DNA from: Chara braunii
Lineage: Eukaryota > Plantae > Charophyceae
Length of the DNA stretch: 64,000 bases
Direction: 5' to 3'
NCBI GenBank assembly: GCA_003427395.1
Contig: BFEA01000003.1
Span: 7,420,690 to 7,484,689, forward strand
Shown: piece after piece, positions 13,332-25,962 of the stretch
Layout: every line of letters begins with the position of its first letter
Position numbering within the stretch: the first letter of the stretch is position 1
The notes under the pieces: generated by a model
What the model saw: only the letters and a program-made list of their open reading frames with translations
What the model was told of the DNA's origin: nothing
Databases searched by the model: none
Translations under genes and position numbers: made by a program

Positions 13332-14924
13332 AGAAAAAAAAAAGAGCTTCGAAGTATGAAGAGGAGATACAGAGAGAGTGTTATAATGTTTCTCAAAGAA
13401 TAATGGATTTTACGGTAACGAGAGTATAGCAGACTCTCGTGCGAAGAAAAATGACTTACTGCGGGCGGGGAACAAAAAGTTGAATACTATGTGTCATTTT
13501 CTTACGACAGTGATGCCTTAACGTGATTATATGGCCCCTAGTACAGAACCATTTATTAGGAAGTGAACATAACATAATCTGCAGGAAAATAAAATGGGAC
13601 TTTCTCATCTTGAGAGAGGGAAAAAAAAAAAGAGTGAGAGAAAAAAAAAAAAAAAATTGCAAACAAATGAGCGACAAAGACTCTCTATTTGTGTATTGTT
13701 TTGACATCAATGATCATTTGTAGATACACAAATACTTATCTGTCCATGTATTTAACATGAGCATAACCCTCTATTATCATTTTTTGTCATGGTCACAACG
13801 AGCATGTATACACGATGTCCGTTTAAAAAATGTTCATGAGCGTGTTAGTACGACGTCATTGTGTTAATTTTCTTTTTTTGTAGATCCACAACTCGTATAT
13901 TTTCAAGGTCATATAATTTCGGTTTCAGTGTGCATTAAGGGTCATCCATTATAGTGTGCGCTCACATAAGAAATGGTCAATCCTTCCATAAGAAAACAAT
14001 CACATCCTTTCTCTGTTTGATGAAATATTGAAGTACAAAATTGTCGTTATGATCAATAACGTTTTTTTTTATCTCGAGGGCCCGATCCTCGACAACGCTT
14101 AAACATGGGTCTCACAACAGAACAATCGCATCGAGGCAATGCTCAACAACTGTTGTAACATATGTATGTGGGTCCGAAATTATAAACACACCACAGAAAA
14201 GTGTAGACCATGGTCCTCTAGTTTCCTGTTAGCATGACAATACTGACACGTGCAAAACCAAGTAGTAAGTGACGAACACAAACATATACATGAAAATTCA
14301 TAGCAATGATGGAAAAAGGCATAATGTATTGAAATGTGTTTTCAAACTCTATCAGTGTCACTTCTTCACGCAATATAAGTACATTTAACATCACACTTCA
14401 GTACTGAGCACATCCAATATACATTGTAACGAATACAAGATATATAAAAAAAATTGAAGTGACACACTCCGTTGCACGCCCAAGTGCTCTTTTATGTAGA
14501 TCATCACACACACACAACAACATTGAATGGTAGTTAACCCATCAGGATTCCATCATATTTCGATCATAAATTTATTACAATTTCATCAAATTTTCATAAT
14601 GATTCCAACGTGATCTCCAACACGAAGTCTTGTGCTCAACTGTTGATCAACGTAATATCAACCGATTATCAAAAGTTTATGAACACAATGTTCAACAGTT
14701 CAACTGTCGATCAACACAGTATCTATAGAGTATCAACAATTGATCAACACAAAGTTCAATTGTTTAACGTATTACTTCATATCATCTTATATAACTGACA
14801 AACGTTGGTTTCATCACTTCATGTAAAATATGGCGCATGTGCCTGAATAAACAGTTGATAAACAATTTGTCAAAAGTTAAAAAGGGGGGAGGCCCCTCGA
14901 AAAAAAAAAAAAAAAAAAAAAAAT

Positions 14925-16545
14925 CTATTGAAGTTGCACAATACCTTGTTATAGATTGTAGAGCGAGCAAGGAGGATTGTCAGTGGTCAACAATGAACTT
15001 ACCCAGACGATCATCTTCTAGGTTAAGTCTAATTATCTCAACTCAAGCAATCAACTAAGAAAAAATTATAGTATAATTGTGAGACGACAAATCGACTTAG
15101 TGACACAAATACCTGTTTGAATTCTGAGTTGAATAGAAAAGAAGAAATAAGGAAAAAAAATGTTTGATGAGTGATATGCAACGCACAACAAGACAACTCA
15201 AACAAGTGGGAAGAGAGTGAGACAAATTACATTTCAATCTTCAATCAACATTATCAAAAGACAAACTATAATCGAGTATACAATGTATTATCAGGATTAG
15301 AACGGTGAGACAATCGACACAATCACAACTTTTGAGACAGTCAAACAAACTTAAGAGACCATCAAGGATCAACAGTGATTGTCATTTACATGAGTATAGT
15401 CCAGTCGTTTCCGGTCGATGGGTCATTTTTTACCAACCTCAATTAGATTGTTTCCAAGGAGGTCGTACCCTACCTCTTTGTAAGTGTTATTTGTTTCAGG
15501 AATGAGGATCTGACCATTTATGTTGTCCTTATGCGGCTTGCTCAAACATCAGTGTATGATCTGAGACCTTACATCAAGAGAGAAACAGAGACGCATGCAT
15601 GTTTTGACTCGGTGTTGACGGCTGCAACAACTTATCTTGATGGACGAACAATCAACCTGGAGTCGGAGAAGGAAAGGTTAATCTACAACTTCTTTCATAA
15701 GCAATATGCAAATTATTTAAGGATGCTTATCCCATTCAACAGTTATGAAGGTCCTTACTAGGGAGACCTCGTGGAATTGGCAAGGAGGTACATCGCTCCA
15801 ACAAAGATGGATTATGAGGCAGTCACCAAGCCCTTTGAGTTGGACCATCTCCGGCGAGAGATCTTCTCCAGACCATACCTTCCTATCTTATAAGGAAGAG
15901 TTTCGTGCTATGATTGACTTCTATATTGTCGGTCGTGGATGATTCTATTCGGAATTTATGGACTTTAGGTGACTCTATATCACTATACCACAATCTTAGG
16001 AGGTGTCTAGGCGTGGTTCAACGTGTTCGAGACGCATGGTCAAATGAGAGCTTGAGGATGAGACTTGAGAGGGATGAGTGAAGACTCTTGACAAATGCTA
16101 GTCACGCCTTTTCATTTGTATTTCATAATATTATTATGAGTTATCACCTTCCCTCATCCATCTTTTCTCTGCCTTGAGTCCGTCAGTCTTGATTTTGTTT
16201 TAATTAACATTGTTTGATATCGTTTTTGCTGATTTTGTCACAGTTATCAAAATTTTAAAATTGGTAATCATGAGCATGCATGTGATATAATTTGATTTTA
16301 GTCTGATTATTTTCATGATAATTGTTATTCCGATCTATTTAATTAAAGGGTCCTCAAACAGGGGTACGGGTAGATCGTAATTGAAGGATCTCGCTCGAAG
16401 TCGGATGCACACAATAGGAAGGGATTTGCAGTAATCATTCATTCATTTATTGTAAAAAACATTGAAGTCTTGCGTGACAGCCTGTTGTCTTTGCGATCGC
16501 CAGAAGTGACATGACTGCAAAAAGTGAGGCAAAAATGATGTCGTT
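14925..16545 (+). repeat. Block A repeat, copy 1, containing a decayed unidentified ORF (~15400-16080)
   Basis: Homologous to 35760-36419, 53160-55275 and 57830-59690; peptide VYDLRPYIKRETETHACFDSVLTAATTYLDGRTINLESEKERLIYNF shared with ORF 54200..54511. Confidence 0.85.
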
Positions 16546-16749
16546 GTCAAGGGTATGAAAAATTTTCGTGTATGGAATTAGTGTAGGTCAACACCAGTCA
16601 TTGAGTTTTAATAAGAACATGATAGCGATTGACAGTCTCTTAATGTTAAGATTGATTTCACTATTTTCATTGAATCCTGATTTTCTTTAAAGTTGAAGTC
16701 ACTGATTCTGTCTGATCTCTCTGTATGTGAGGTGTTATCATGTACTACA

Positions 16750-17280
16750 GAATGAGATGGACACTGATTGATAGAGAGACCTAGTCAAAGATATACTTCA
16801 TGAGACATAAACATCCTTGAAAATTGAACTAAATGAGAAAGTTGACAAGGAAGAGACTCCTCCATCAGGAATGTTGGTTAGAGATACATTGAATGAACTT
16901 TTCAAATTCACGACTAAAGTTAAATTTCTTTATCAGTACAAACATTGTTGGACCTATTACTCTGGCAATACGACTATCTGTGTGGTGCTGGTTCATTTTT
17001 TTGAAGGAGACATCTATGATATCCGTCCTTATGTCAAGAAAAAAAATTGTAGTAATGGTGAAACATTTAATTGGTTATGAGAAATTGTCATTTAGTCTAA
17101 CTATGATGATAAATAATAACTAACTAGACTAAGGAAGAAAGCGGAATGAAGTTTGATGTCAGTGATCTATGACTTGATGCCTATTCCTCTGTTTATTGTT
17201 ATTATTGTGATGAGAGCAAGTGATCACCTATGATTGAGAATGCTCTGAAGGTAAAACATTATCAAAGATATTGATGAATA
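16750..17280 (+). pseudogene. Diverged paralogue of the block A ORF
   Basis: TICVVLVHFFEGDIYDIRPYVKK aligns with TIYVVLMRLAQTSVYDLRPYIKR. Confidence 0.55.
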
Positions 17281-17725
17281 TGTCATTGAAGGTAACTCAT
17301 TGGCTGCAACCAGAAATAAGAGACTCTTGACGTCTCGAAATTCACTGGGAAGGAAGAAAATATTTCCTTATGAGATTGTAGAGTATGAAGCGAGACAAAA
17401 GAGTGGATGAAAACACAATAGTCTGTATGTCCTAACCTGCCATTTCTTTGAACTTGATGAGTACGACGTAAGGGTTTATGTGCTGCAAAATATATTTGAG
17501 GGTTGTAAATATGACAAATGTTGGGAACGTGCATACACGGGCATTGATAAGTCCCGTCTGTGTGAGCGGGTAAGAGTATCAGCGGGGGTTACGTGCTGAG
17601 TACAGAGCGAAGTGTACGAGAATTGCCGTGTTCGTGGGTGTTGTGTGTGGTGTGTGTTGAGTTGGACACTACAGCCTTGCAGGAGTGGGTTGAATATCAC
17701 GACCGGTACGATTCCACTTTTGAAC

Positions 17726-17804
17726 ACCGTGTCCTGACTGTAGTGGTTAAGAGACTTGGTTCTTGAGGCCGAAGTCGCCGGTTCGCATCTGTGATTGCAC
17801 GGAG
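17726..17804 (+). pseudogene. tRNA-like sequence, copy 1 (B box mutated to GGTTCGCATC)
   Basis: Paralogue of 18051-18129. Confidence 0.55.
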
Positions 17805-18050
17805 GAGGACTTAGGCCCAGATGTACGAAATCCATACTACTGTGGAAGCGTCCGTGAACCGACGGACATTGATAAGTCTTGTCTGTGTGAGCGGGTAAGA
17901 GTACCAGCGGGGATTACGTTCTGACTACAGAGCGAAGTGTACGAGAATTGCCGTGTCCGTGGGTGTTGTGTGTGCTGTGTGTTGAGTTGGACACTAGAGC
18001 CTTGCAGGGGTGGGGTGGATATCCCGACCGGTACGATTCCACTTTTGAAC

Positions 18051-18129
18051 ACCGTGTCCTTGCTGTAGTGGTTAAGAGACTTGGCTCTTGAGGCCGAAGT
18101 CGTCGGTTCGAATCTGTGCTTGCAAGGAG
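18051..18129 (+). pseudogene. tRNA-like sequence (not a canonical tRNA), copy 2
   Basis: A-box-like TGCTGTAGTGGTTAAG, stem-loop TTGGC-TCTTGAG-GCCGA, B box GGTTCGAATC; D and T stems pair poorly. Confidence 0.65.
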
Positions 18130-18728
18130 GAGGACTTAGGCCCAGAAGTACGAAATTCATACTACTATTCTGTTAGAAAGAAAAAAAAAAAGATTTAAGC
18201 AAGAAAATAAAAACTTCACTTTGAGTACTCATGTCAAACCTGTTTTTGGAATATTTTATCCTCATCTCAAGGGACTTCATCTTCCTAGAGATAACTAAAG
18301 AACTATGGTGGACTTTATTTGGAAAGTGAAAAAGGCACAGGGATCCTAAGACTTTATGTTAGTGACAATAGTATGTATTGTGAGAAATTGGTTGGACAGT
18401 GTGACTAAGATTGATAATCCTTTTATGATATTGAGACACGAGGTTTGAAAAAAGGATCATATGATATTCTACATTCCAGTGATTAAATTTATTAATACTA
18501 GTAGTCTGAATGCGATAATCTATGCTCTAGCAGAGCTAGAGAAGGAGACTGATTATTTAAACTGCTTAAGAGGAGTTCATATCAACCTTATAAGAAATAA
18601 CAAATGACTTGAAAAATTACACATGAAAATAGTCTGGGAAAAAAGAGTGATACAATTTGAGAGACTCCTTATTTTTTTGACTACTGATAGCTTTGAGGAC
18701 ATGTGAGACTGGATCCTTTTTTGGAATT

Positions 18729-19065
18729 TATTGTTGTAGTAGGCAAAGCAAGAGAGGATGATTTTTATATGAATTTGAAATCCTTACTCCTTGATTCTTT
18801 CGAACACAGATTTAAGGTTGTTAATTTGATCTGATTGAGATCACATATCTGTTAAAAGTGATGAAAAGTGAGATTGATTGAGAGCATAGGGTCCTCTTCT
18901 GAAATCTATTGTTGTAATAGGCAAAGCAAAAAACAATGGTTTAACTGTGAAGTTCAAATTTTTACTCCTTGATGTTTTCAAACACAGATTCTAGATTGCT
19001 GATTTGATCAGATTGAGATCAACTATATGTTAAACGTTATGAAAGTGAGATCTATTGAGAGCGTA
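18729..19065 (+). repeat. Diverged tandem duplication (~180 bp x2) inside the Gypsy element
   Basis: tattgttgtagtaggcaaagcaa...gattgagagcata repeated as tattgttgtaataggcaaagcaa...tattgagagcgta. Confidence 0.8.
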
Positions 19066-21289
19066 TCTCGTCACATTTGTAGGGAACGAGTTTATTTTTT
19101 CAGAAAAATCAGCATAAATCGGTAAGAGATGCAACTTGAATATTAAATAATTGATCTAACAAGGTATTTCATAATTTCGCGTACTGTCAAAGGGCATAAC
19201 AAAAGATTTAGTGAGAATTGTGAGAAAAAGTATATTGAAGAGTATATTGAAAATTTGAGAAAAAATATATTACCCATAATCAGTACTCAGTTAGGAACTG
19301 TTGCACAAATTGGATGTTATGAAATGTGGGTCTGACATTCTTAGAGCAAAGCAATCAGATGAAAGAATTTCATGCTTCAAGGATCGATGAGTTGATGACT
19401 TCCTTGATGCGTATGAATTATTTAACCTTTACTAAGGTTAAACAGACACTTACCAGGTTAAATATGTATTATCCTATTGTAAACCAGATATAAGATTCAC
19501 TTTTGAAGAGAGGATGGAAGCAACAACCACATGGTATGAGGTTAGGGAAAAATTGAAAGTTGAATTTAAAAAAGATCAAGTTTTTGCAACTACAAAGAAC
19601 CTTCTGAAAATCCGAAGAAATAAGTATGACACTTTTGATGTTTTTCTTAATATTTTCATTCGTACAACAAGAAAAGTTCCTTAACTTAATGGAGCTCAAA
19701 CATGTCACATACTTATGACTAACTTCAATGAAAGTGAAAGGTAGACGGTGCTAAGAAAAATCAACATTATTGTTTTAGATGGGATAAAATTGTGAGAATA
19801 GTTAAAATTGTGCCTACTGTCTTAAAAAAACAAATGGCTATTGAATCAAATCATTACTTTGACCAAAGACTAAGAGATAACAAATGGGAATAACGTAGAA
19901 AGTAACGTGAGTATAGAACGAATTATTCAAAAAGTCATGATAAATTATATGTGAGCAACTCACACTGTTGAAGGAAAAAGAATAGGAAAACGTGGAAGAT
20001 GACAACGATGACAATGACAGTGATGAAAGAGAGAAAGATAATGCGTCTAAAGTAAAAAAAAAAACAAAGATAATGATGGTATAGGTAATAGAGAAAGAGG
20101 TATATATGAAGATCAACCTAGGAATAGCTTCACATGTTATCATTATGGTGAAGGAGATCATATTACCGAAAGCATGAGGAAAATAAGAAGAAAAAAAAAA
20201 ATTGTTAATGTTCATGTTCTTATTGACGAGTTGTTTAATGAATGTATACATAAGCTCATATTTTCAAAATAATATATCTTCTTTAACAAGTTCTTCTGTT
20301 AGACGAAGACTTCGCTGGTGAAGCTTCCTCAAGTGTCCACATAGAAGAAAAAAAAAACGTTTTTCCAAAATTCTCTTGAGATTGTGAAACATTCTATGAG
20401 GTTCTCTTGTTTTATTAATATGATAATGTGTGAAGAAGATTTACCATCTGAGGCCCTCTTAGATCCGGGGACTGTAGTCTGTAAGGTGAGAAACCTTTAG
20501 GCTAACATATCACCTTAAATGATTGAATAAAAAAATAAAAAAAATGTTGAAGAAATCCTAAATGAAAATCTAGATGAACTAGAACAGAACACCACATCCC
20601 GGAGTCAAAAAAATAAGTAAAGGAAGAAAATAAAATTTGTTCTAAAAATGAACTAGAAGAGGGAGTGGTGATTGAAGACGCAATTAGTAAGATGTTGGAG
20701 GAGACTAAAGTTACCTTATCCTTCGAAAAAACAATGACTTTAGCACCTAAGTTAATAAAAAAAACTAAGAGGTTGGTCAAAAAAAAGAAGGTGGAGGTTA
20801 ATTATCTTGTTTTTTAACTTTTTTCTGCTTAATCCGGACTGCAAGTTAAGGTTTGCATCTATGGGGTATAAATATCAAACCATTTACAACAATAAGGTAA
20901 AAGTTCGAACTCTAGTTGATTCTTAAGTAAAAATTGTTTTTTTCCTAAGGGGACCATAGAGACATGTGACTTAACTATTAATAGAGGTGCAAAGTATAAA
21001 CCGAGTAATATTATTGGATTTTTTTTTATAGTTGACATCATTGATAATATGATTATCAGGGTTGAACCTGACTCTGTTGAGTTAATAGGATTTGTGGTGC
21101 TAGAGTTTGATCATGATTGCATCCTGGGTATTTAACTTTTGCACACGTTGAAAGTCCTTCAATTTTTTAGGTGAAGTGAAACTACTATATTGCACTACAA
21201 AATTCAAAATCTGCGCAAAAACATACATTTATTGTTTGTACCTCAAATCATCATAGTTATTAATTATTTACTAACTTAATCATAAAAGA

Positions 21290-21830
21290 AGACTGTGGTA
21301 AAAAGTTGAGAAATTCAGTAATGGTACACAATGTTGGTAGTGTCCCTCATGCTAATGTTTTTTTTTAATCTTTTGTTGGTTGATATATTTATTATTTGAT
21401 TGATTTATATTATGACATTGATAAATTTCCTATTGACATCACGAGTCGGCCTATCACAATCACGCACAACCCAAGAGGATTGATTCATATGTGTGCGGTG
21501 CCACAACATTTGACTAATAGTATGGACGTGGTGCGAAGGGATACGATTCAAGTTATGTAAGACATTTCTCTTTAAATAATCAACCCTTACATTGATGATA
21601 ACTCTGTAAATGGACATGTGATAAGAGACAAGACTTTAATTGGAGATGACATCATAAAAGTTTGCTTGAAAAACTGCAGAAGGAGTACAATTAGTTCAAT
21701 AAAAACTCTAAAAATATTATTTGACTACGAGCGGTCTAAAATATTTTCTCTTTTAGGTTGAAGAAACTATCTTGGACTTCAGATATTTCTCTAAGGTTGG
21801 ATTCCTTGTCAAAAAATAATTGACAAGATC
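21290..21830 (+). pseudogene. pol: Reverse transcriptase domain (pseudogenised)
   Basis: IDLY, PRGLIHM, PQHLTNS and PYIDD motifs with internal stops. Confidence 0.9.
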
Positions 21831-21849
21831 TTAAACTAACCTCTGTCTT

Positions 21850-22350
21850 TCAAGCCAGTGACGTATATCGGGAGTTTCTTGAAAGTTTACGTATTCTAAA
21901 TAAAATTTATTCATAATTTTGCAACCCTTGCAGAGCCTCTAAGGAAGATGGTGAGACAAGTAACAAAATACATATGGAAAAACAAGAGAAAAATTGCAAC
22001 AAAATATTATAAGATAACTTGAAAGATGGGGATGTAGTGTTTGAAGTACCTAGTTATGATGATTAAGAGGGAAAACCCTTTTTAATTGAGACAGATGATG
22101 AGTCGGTCATTCTTTTTAGATTGCTCATACAAAAAGATGAAAATGGAAGGAAGAAACCTGTGAGATTTGATAGTATGACGGTAATTTTACTAAGAGGGGT
22201 TACACTTTGACATTATGTACTTGGAGAGAAGGTTTATTTTTATAACTGATACTTCTACTGTGATTGGTGTCATAAAAAAATATCAACAGTCAAATTCAAC
22301 AGTGGGTAGATGAATTATTTTTATCTAAGACATTTGATTTTAAATTGGAA
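21850..22350 (+). pseudogene. RT connection/RNase H domain (pseudogenised)
   Basis: FIHNFATLAEPLRKMV, PFLIETD, KPVRFDS. Confidence 0.8.
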
Positions 22351-22899
22351 AAAAATCCCAACAGAATAAATGATGTATGTAAAATTGAATGGAATTTGAA
22401 TGTGATGATGATACAAAAACCATTGTTGAAGAGTTTGTCTATGTTGATAAAATTTTAAATGAGGAAGATGATGAATATTATAATAAAACTAATTTTTACA
22501 ATAAGTGTCTATAGTCTGAAGAAAAGGTATATTTATGTGAGTTACCTGACTCTTATATTTATAACATGATTTTTTAGAAGAAAAAATAAGAAAACAAGAA
22601 CGACTGATATGCAAGAGTCAATGCTGCCGTAGTTGTTGTCAATGAGCTAGGAGAGAAGTCTAGTTTAAAGAATGAATAAAAAGCTAAAAAAAAAAAAAGA
22701 TAATTTATTTTTATTTGTGAAAAATATAAAAGGGACTATCAAAATATTGAAAATACTTTTGAGAAAGAGAAGATTAAATAACATTATTGTAAAATTAAAA
22801 AAAAAAAACTTAAGAGAGGTTATATCTTTGTGGATAGTACGAGTTGACTGATTCGCTAAGATTGTACGTGGACGAGGAAAATAGCTATAGATAATTGTT

Positions 22900-24300
22900 C
22901 TTTTGCAGTTTTTTTCATAAATGGGTTGCAGGAGGACTTAAATCGGTTCAAATAACCTATATCAAAACTATCAAGCTCTATTTTTTGCCGCACATGAGAG
23001 ACAAAATTTATAGATTATGCAAATTGTGTGTACTGTGTCAAAAAAGATTACCTCAAGGATGATTGAACCTTTATTTCCTATTGTCTTGGTCGAACCAGGA
23101 AGTCGAGTTCATCTGGATTTCATCATCATGCATCTGGGAAAGGGAGAAAAAACATACATCTAGAACATGAAGGATAATTTTTTCGGTTATGTCTAAGCAA
23201 AGGCTCTAAAAAGGAAAACAATTGATTAAGTGATTGACTGGATAAAAAATATTTATATCAGATATCCTTTTTTCAGATAATTTGTTTCAAACAGAGGATC
23301 TGAGTTCATAAATCAAGTTGTAAGAAAGTTAAGAACAGTCGTATTTTTCATCACCACTTCAAGATACCCTTCACCACTTCAGGATGCATCCTGTCTAAAC
23401 AGGTGGTTTTCAGGGTCTTCGGACCTTTCACCACTTTAGGACAACCTTCACCACTTCAGAATACGGCCTTCCTAAACAAGTGGTTTTCATGGTCTTTGGA
23501 CCTTTCACCACTTCTGAACCAATCAGAATTTTCAGACTACCCAAAACTCACGCTTCACCACTTCAGGATGCAGCTTGCCTAAACAGGCGACTTTCAAGGT
23601 CTTCGGACCTTTCACCACTTCAGGATTATTCACGATTTTCATACTGCCTCAAACTCTCACTTCATAATTTTCATTCCTAAATTTTCAACTACCCGTTAAC
23701 CGCTTGTGATATATCATCCTCAAGCTAATGCACAAGTTGAGAAAGGGCATAAAACTTTGAAAGATTAATTGACGATGTGGTACGAGGGTATCTCAGTAAG
23801 AAGCAAAAAATGTCGAGGGTCGCAAACTACGCTGATAGCATTATTGTTAAGATAATTACTGGATACACTTCATTTACTCTATGATATAGTCGATATGTTA
23901 CTTCACCCATTGAAAGCACAGTGAGGATTTTGTATAGTCAAGACAAAGGTAACGAATATTTTGTCTTTAGTTTCTACATATTCGCATGAAGCAGATACTA
24001 GAGGTTGATAAGGCTGTGATGGATCCTGCAGAGATAAAGGTAACAAACTGACCATCTCATCAAGAGAGGTGGAACAATAAAATATGTATAAAAAAAAAAG
24101 AAGTTAAAAATCGGTGATATTATCCTTCCGTTTGACAATTATCGTGAGACTGCATGGACTAAATATTTGGAGTCCAGATATCAATGTCCTTATGGCATCA
24201 CAAGAGCAGTTGAGGGTAAAACCTATAAGATTTATAAGATGAATAGACCAGGAGTGCATGAGATTGTATAAGGATCTTAACTTTGAAAATTATTTTTGAA
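22900..24300 (+). pseudogene. Integrase (Zn-binding remnant, DDE core, GPY/F tail), interrupted at 23328-23708
   Basis: CVLCQKR, VHLDFIIM, SNRGSEFIN, YHPQANAQVEKGHKTL. Confidence 0.88.
23328..23708. mobile_element. Non-autonomous DNA element rich in CACCACTTCAGGA subrepeats, inserted in the integrase
   Basis: Homologous to 39776-40254; ends taaccgcttgtg; splits the integrase between SEFINQVVRK and YHPQAN. Confidence 0.85.
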
Positions 24301-24474
24301 GATCTATATTCAATTCCTACTGTGGCCAAAAGGAAAGGAAAAAAAGGTCAATTATCTATTGGAAGAACAATTTAAAAGAGTCGAGAAAAGAGCGGCAAGA
24401 CATTAAGACAAAACATTGGATTTTCAGCAGACTCTAATCATTCCTTCATTGTCTATGCGGTTTGTTGTTTCCAG

Positions 24475-24561
24475 CAGGATAACTGGCTTTCGGGACGGGC
24501 CGAACGCCCGAACGTATGGGACCTTTTGGGGATGTGTTCGGCCGTTCGGGCCGAACTCGGA

Positions 24562-24607
<46 letters not shown>

Positions 24608-25206
24608 ATATGCTATGAAGAAAAATAAATTAAACAAGATTTGCCTGAGCATAACATCCAAATTCCTTACCAAATTTGAAATACAAAAAGAATACGAAAA
24701 GAACAAATACTAATAATAAAAATAAAAATAAAATAAATTTAGTGAGTGCACGAGCACGATTTTGACACCGCCATCTTTGGCGATTTTTCTTTTTTTTTTT
24801 GGCATAGCTAAATGCCCTGACAATTCACAAATGTGTACTTTGCATAATGCAAAACCCACTAAAAAAGTTTAAAAAAATAATAAAATTGTTTAGACCCCGA
24901 ACTCAAGTGAAAACAATAAGTAAAAAGTGAAAAACAACGTGGGCGAGCACGTTTTTTCACCGCCATCTTTGGCGATTTTTAATTCATGTTTGGCTGAGCT
25001 AAATGACTTGAAAATTTATAGCCATGTACCTCACGTCACAGAGAACTCACAAAAAATAATTCAGAAAAAAAAAATATTTGTAGTCCCCGAAATAATTTTT
25101 GGCAGGGGCCGAACGCCGTCGGGTTCGGACCCCATACGGGACCCCGAACGCCCGTACGTACAGAGGTCTGCCCGGGGACCTCCGTATGTACGGGCTGGTG
25201 ACCCTG
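24475..25206 (+). mobile_element. hAT-type MITE, copy 1
   Basis: Ends caggataactggc...gctggtgaccctg; CCGAAC/GTTCGG subterminal motifs; AT-rich interior; same family as 59899-60653. Confidence 0.88.
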
Positions 25207-25325
25207 TATATATATATATATATCGTCAAATAGAACTGCCCGGTAAACCGTAGGCAGAGAGGGAGAAGAGGACAACAAACGAGGGGCTGTGACAAACTGT
25301 TTTGTCGGAGTTTCATATATATATN

Positions 25326-25962
25326 AAAAAAAATCAAAAAAATCTGAAAAACAAATATGATATGGAAAACAATAAACTAAACAAGATTTGCCCGAGCATT
25401 ACATTAGAATTCCTTACCAAATTTGAAATAAAAATAAAATATAAAAAATAAATACAAATAAAAAAAATAAAAAAAATAAAAAGAGAATTCAATTTAGTGA
25501 GTGCGCGAGCATGTTTTCGACACCGCCATCTTTGGCAATTTTTCATTTTTTTTTTGGCATAACTAAATGCCCTGAAAACTAACAGATGTGTAATTAACAT
25601 AATGCGCAACCTACTAAAAAAAAATTCAAAAATAAAAAAATTGTTTCGACCTCGAACTAAAGTGAAAACAAAAAGTGAAAAGTGAAAAAATATGTGGGCG
25701 AGCACGTTTTGACACCACCATCTTTGACGATTTTTAATTCTGACTTGGATTAGCCAAATGACTTGAAAATTTACAAGCATGTACCTCACGTCATAGAGAA
25801 CTCATAAACAAAAATTCCAAAAACAATAATGATTTTTAGGCTCCGAAATAATTTTTAGCGGGGTCCGAACGCCGTCGGGTTCGGACCCCGTACGGGACCC
25901 CGAATGACCGTACGTACGGAGGTCTGCCCAAGGACCTCCGTGCGTACGGGCTGGTGACCCTG
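25326..25962 (+). mobile_element. hAT-type MITE, copy 2 (left end missing at the single-N junction)
   Basis: Homologous to 24600-25206; ends gctggtgaccctg followed by gtttccag. Confidence 0.85.

Larger units (their letters stand above)
17519..18165 (+). mobile_element. Head-to-tail dimer of a ~323-bp LTR-like/SINE-like unit with an internal tRNA-derived segment, inserted in the gag region
   Basis: Units 17519-17840 and 17841-18165 are highly similar; each starts TGT(T/G)G, ends CATACTAC and carries A and B boxes. Confidence 0.75.
17300..24300 (+). mobile_element. Heavily decayed Ty3/Gypsy gag-pol (PR-RT-RNaseH-IN order) with nested insertions
   Basis: Gag-like KFTGKEENIS; RT LIDLYYDIDKFPI..THNPRGLIHMCAVPQHLTNS..NPYIDD (YIDD 21588-21599); RNaseH PFLIETD, KPVRFDS; integrase CxxCQKR, RVHLDF, KDNFFGY, VSNRGSEF, YHPQANAQVEKGH; GPY/F-like KIGDIIL..YQCPY. 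Confidence 0.9.

Noticed and set aside
18051-18129. Functional tRNA gene (Gln-TTG)
   Set aside because: D and T stems mis-paired, atypical anticodon loop, acceptor out of register; treated as tRNA-derived only
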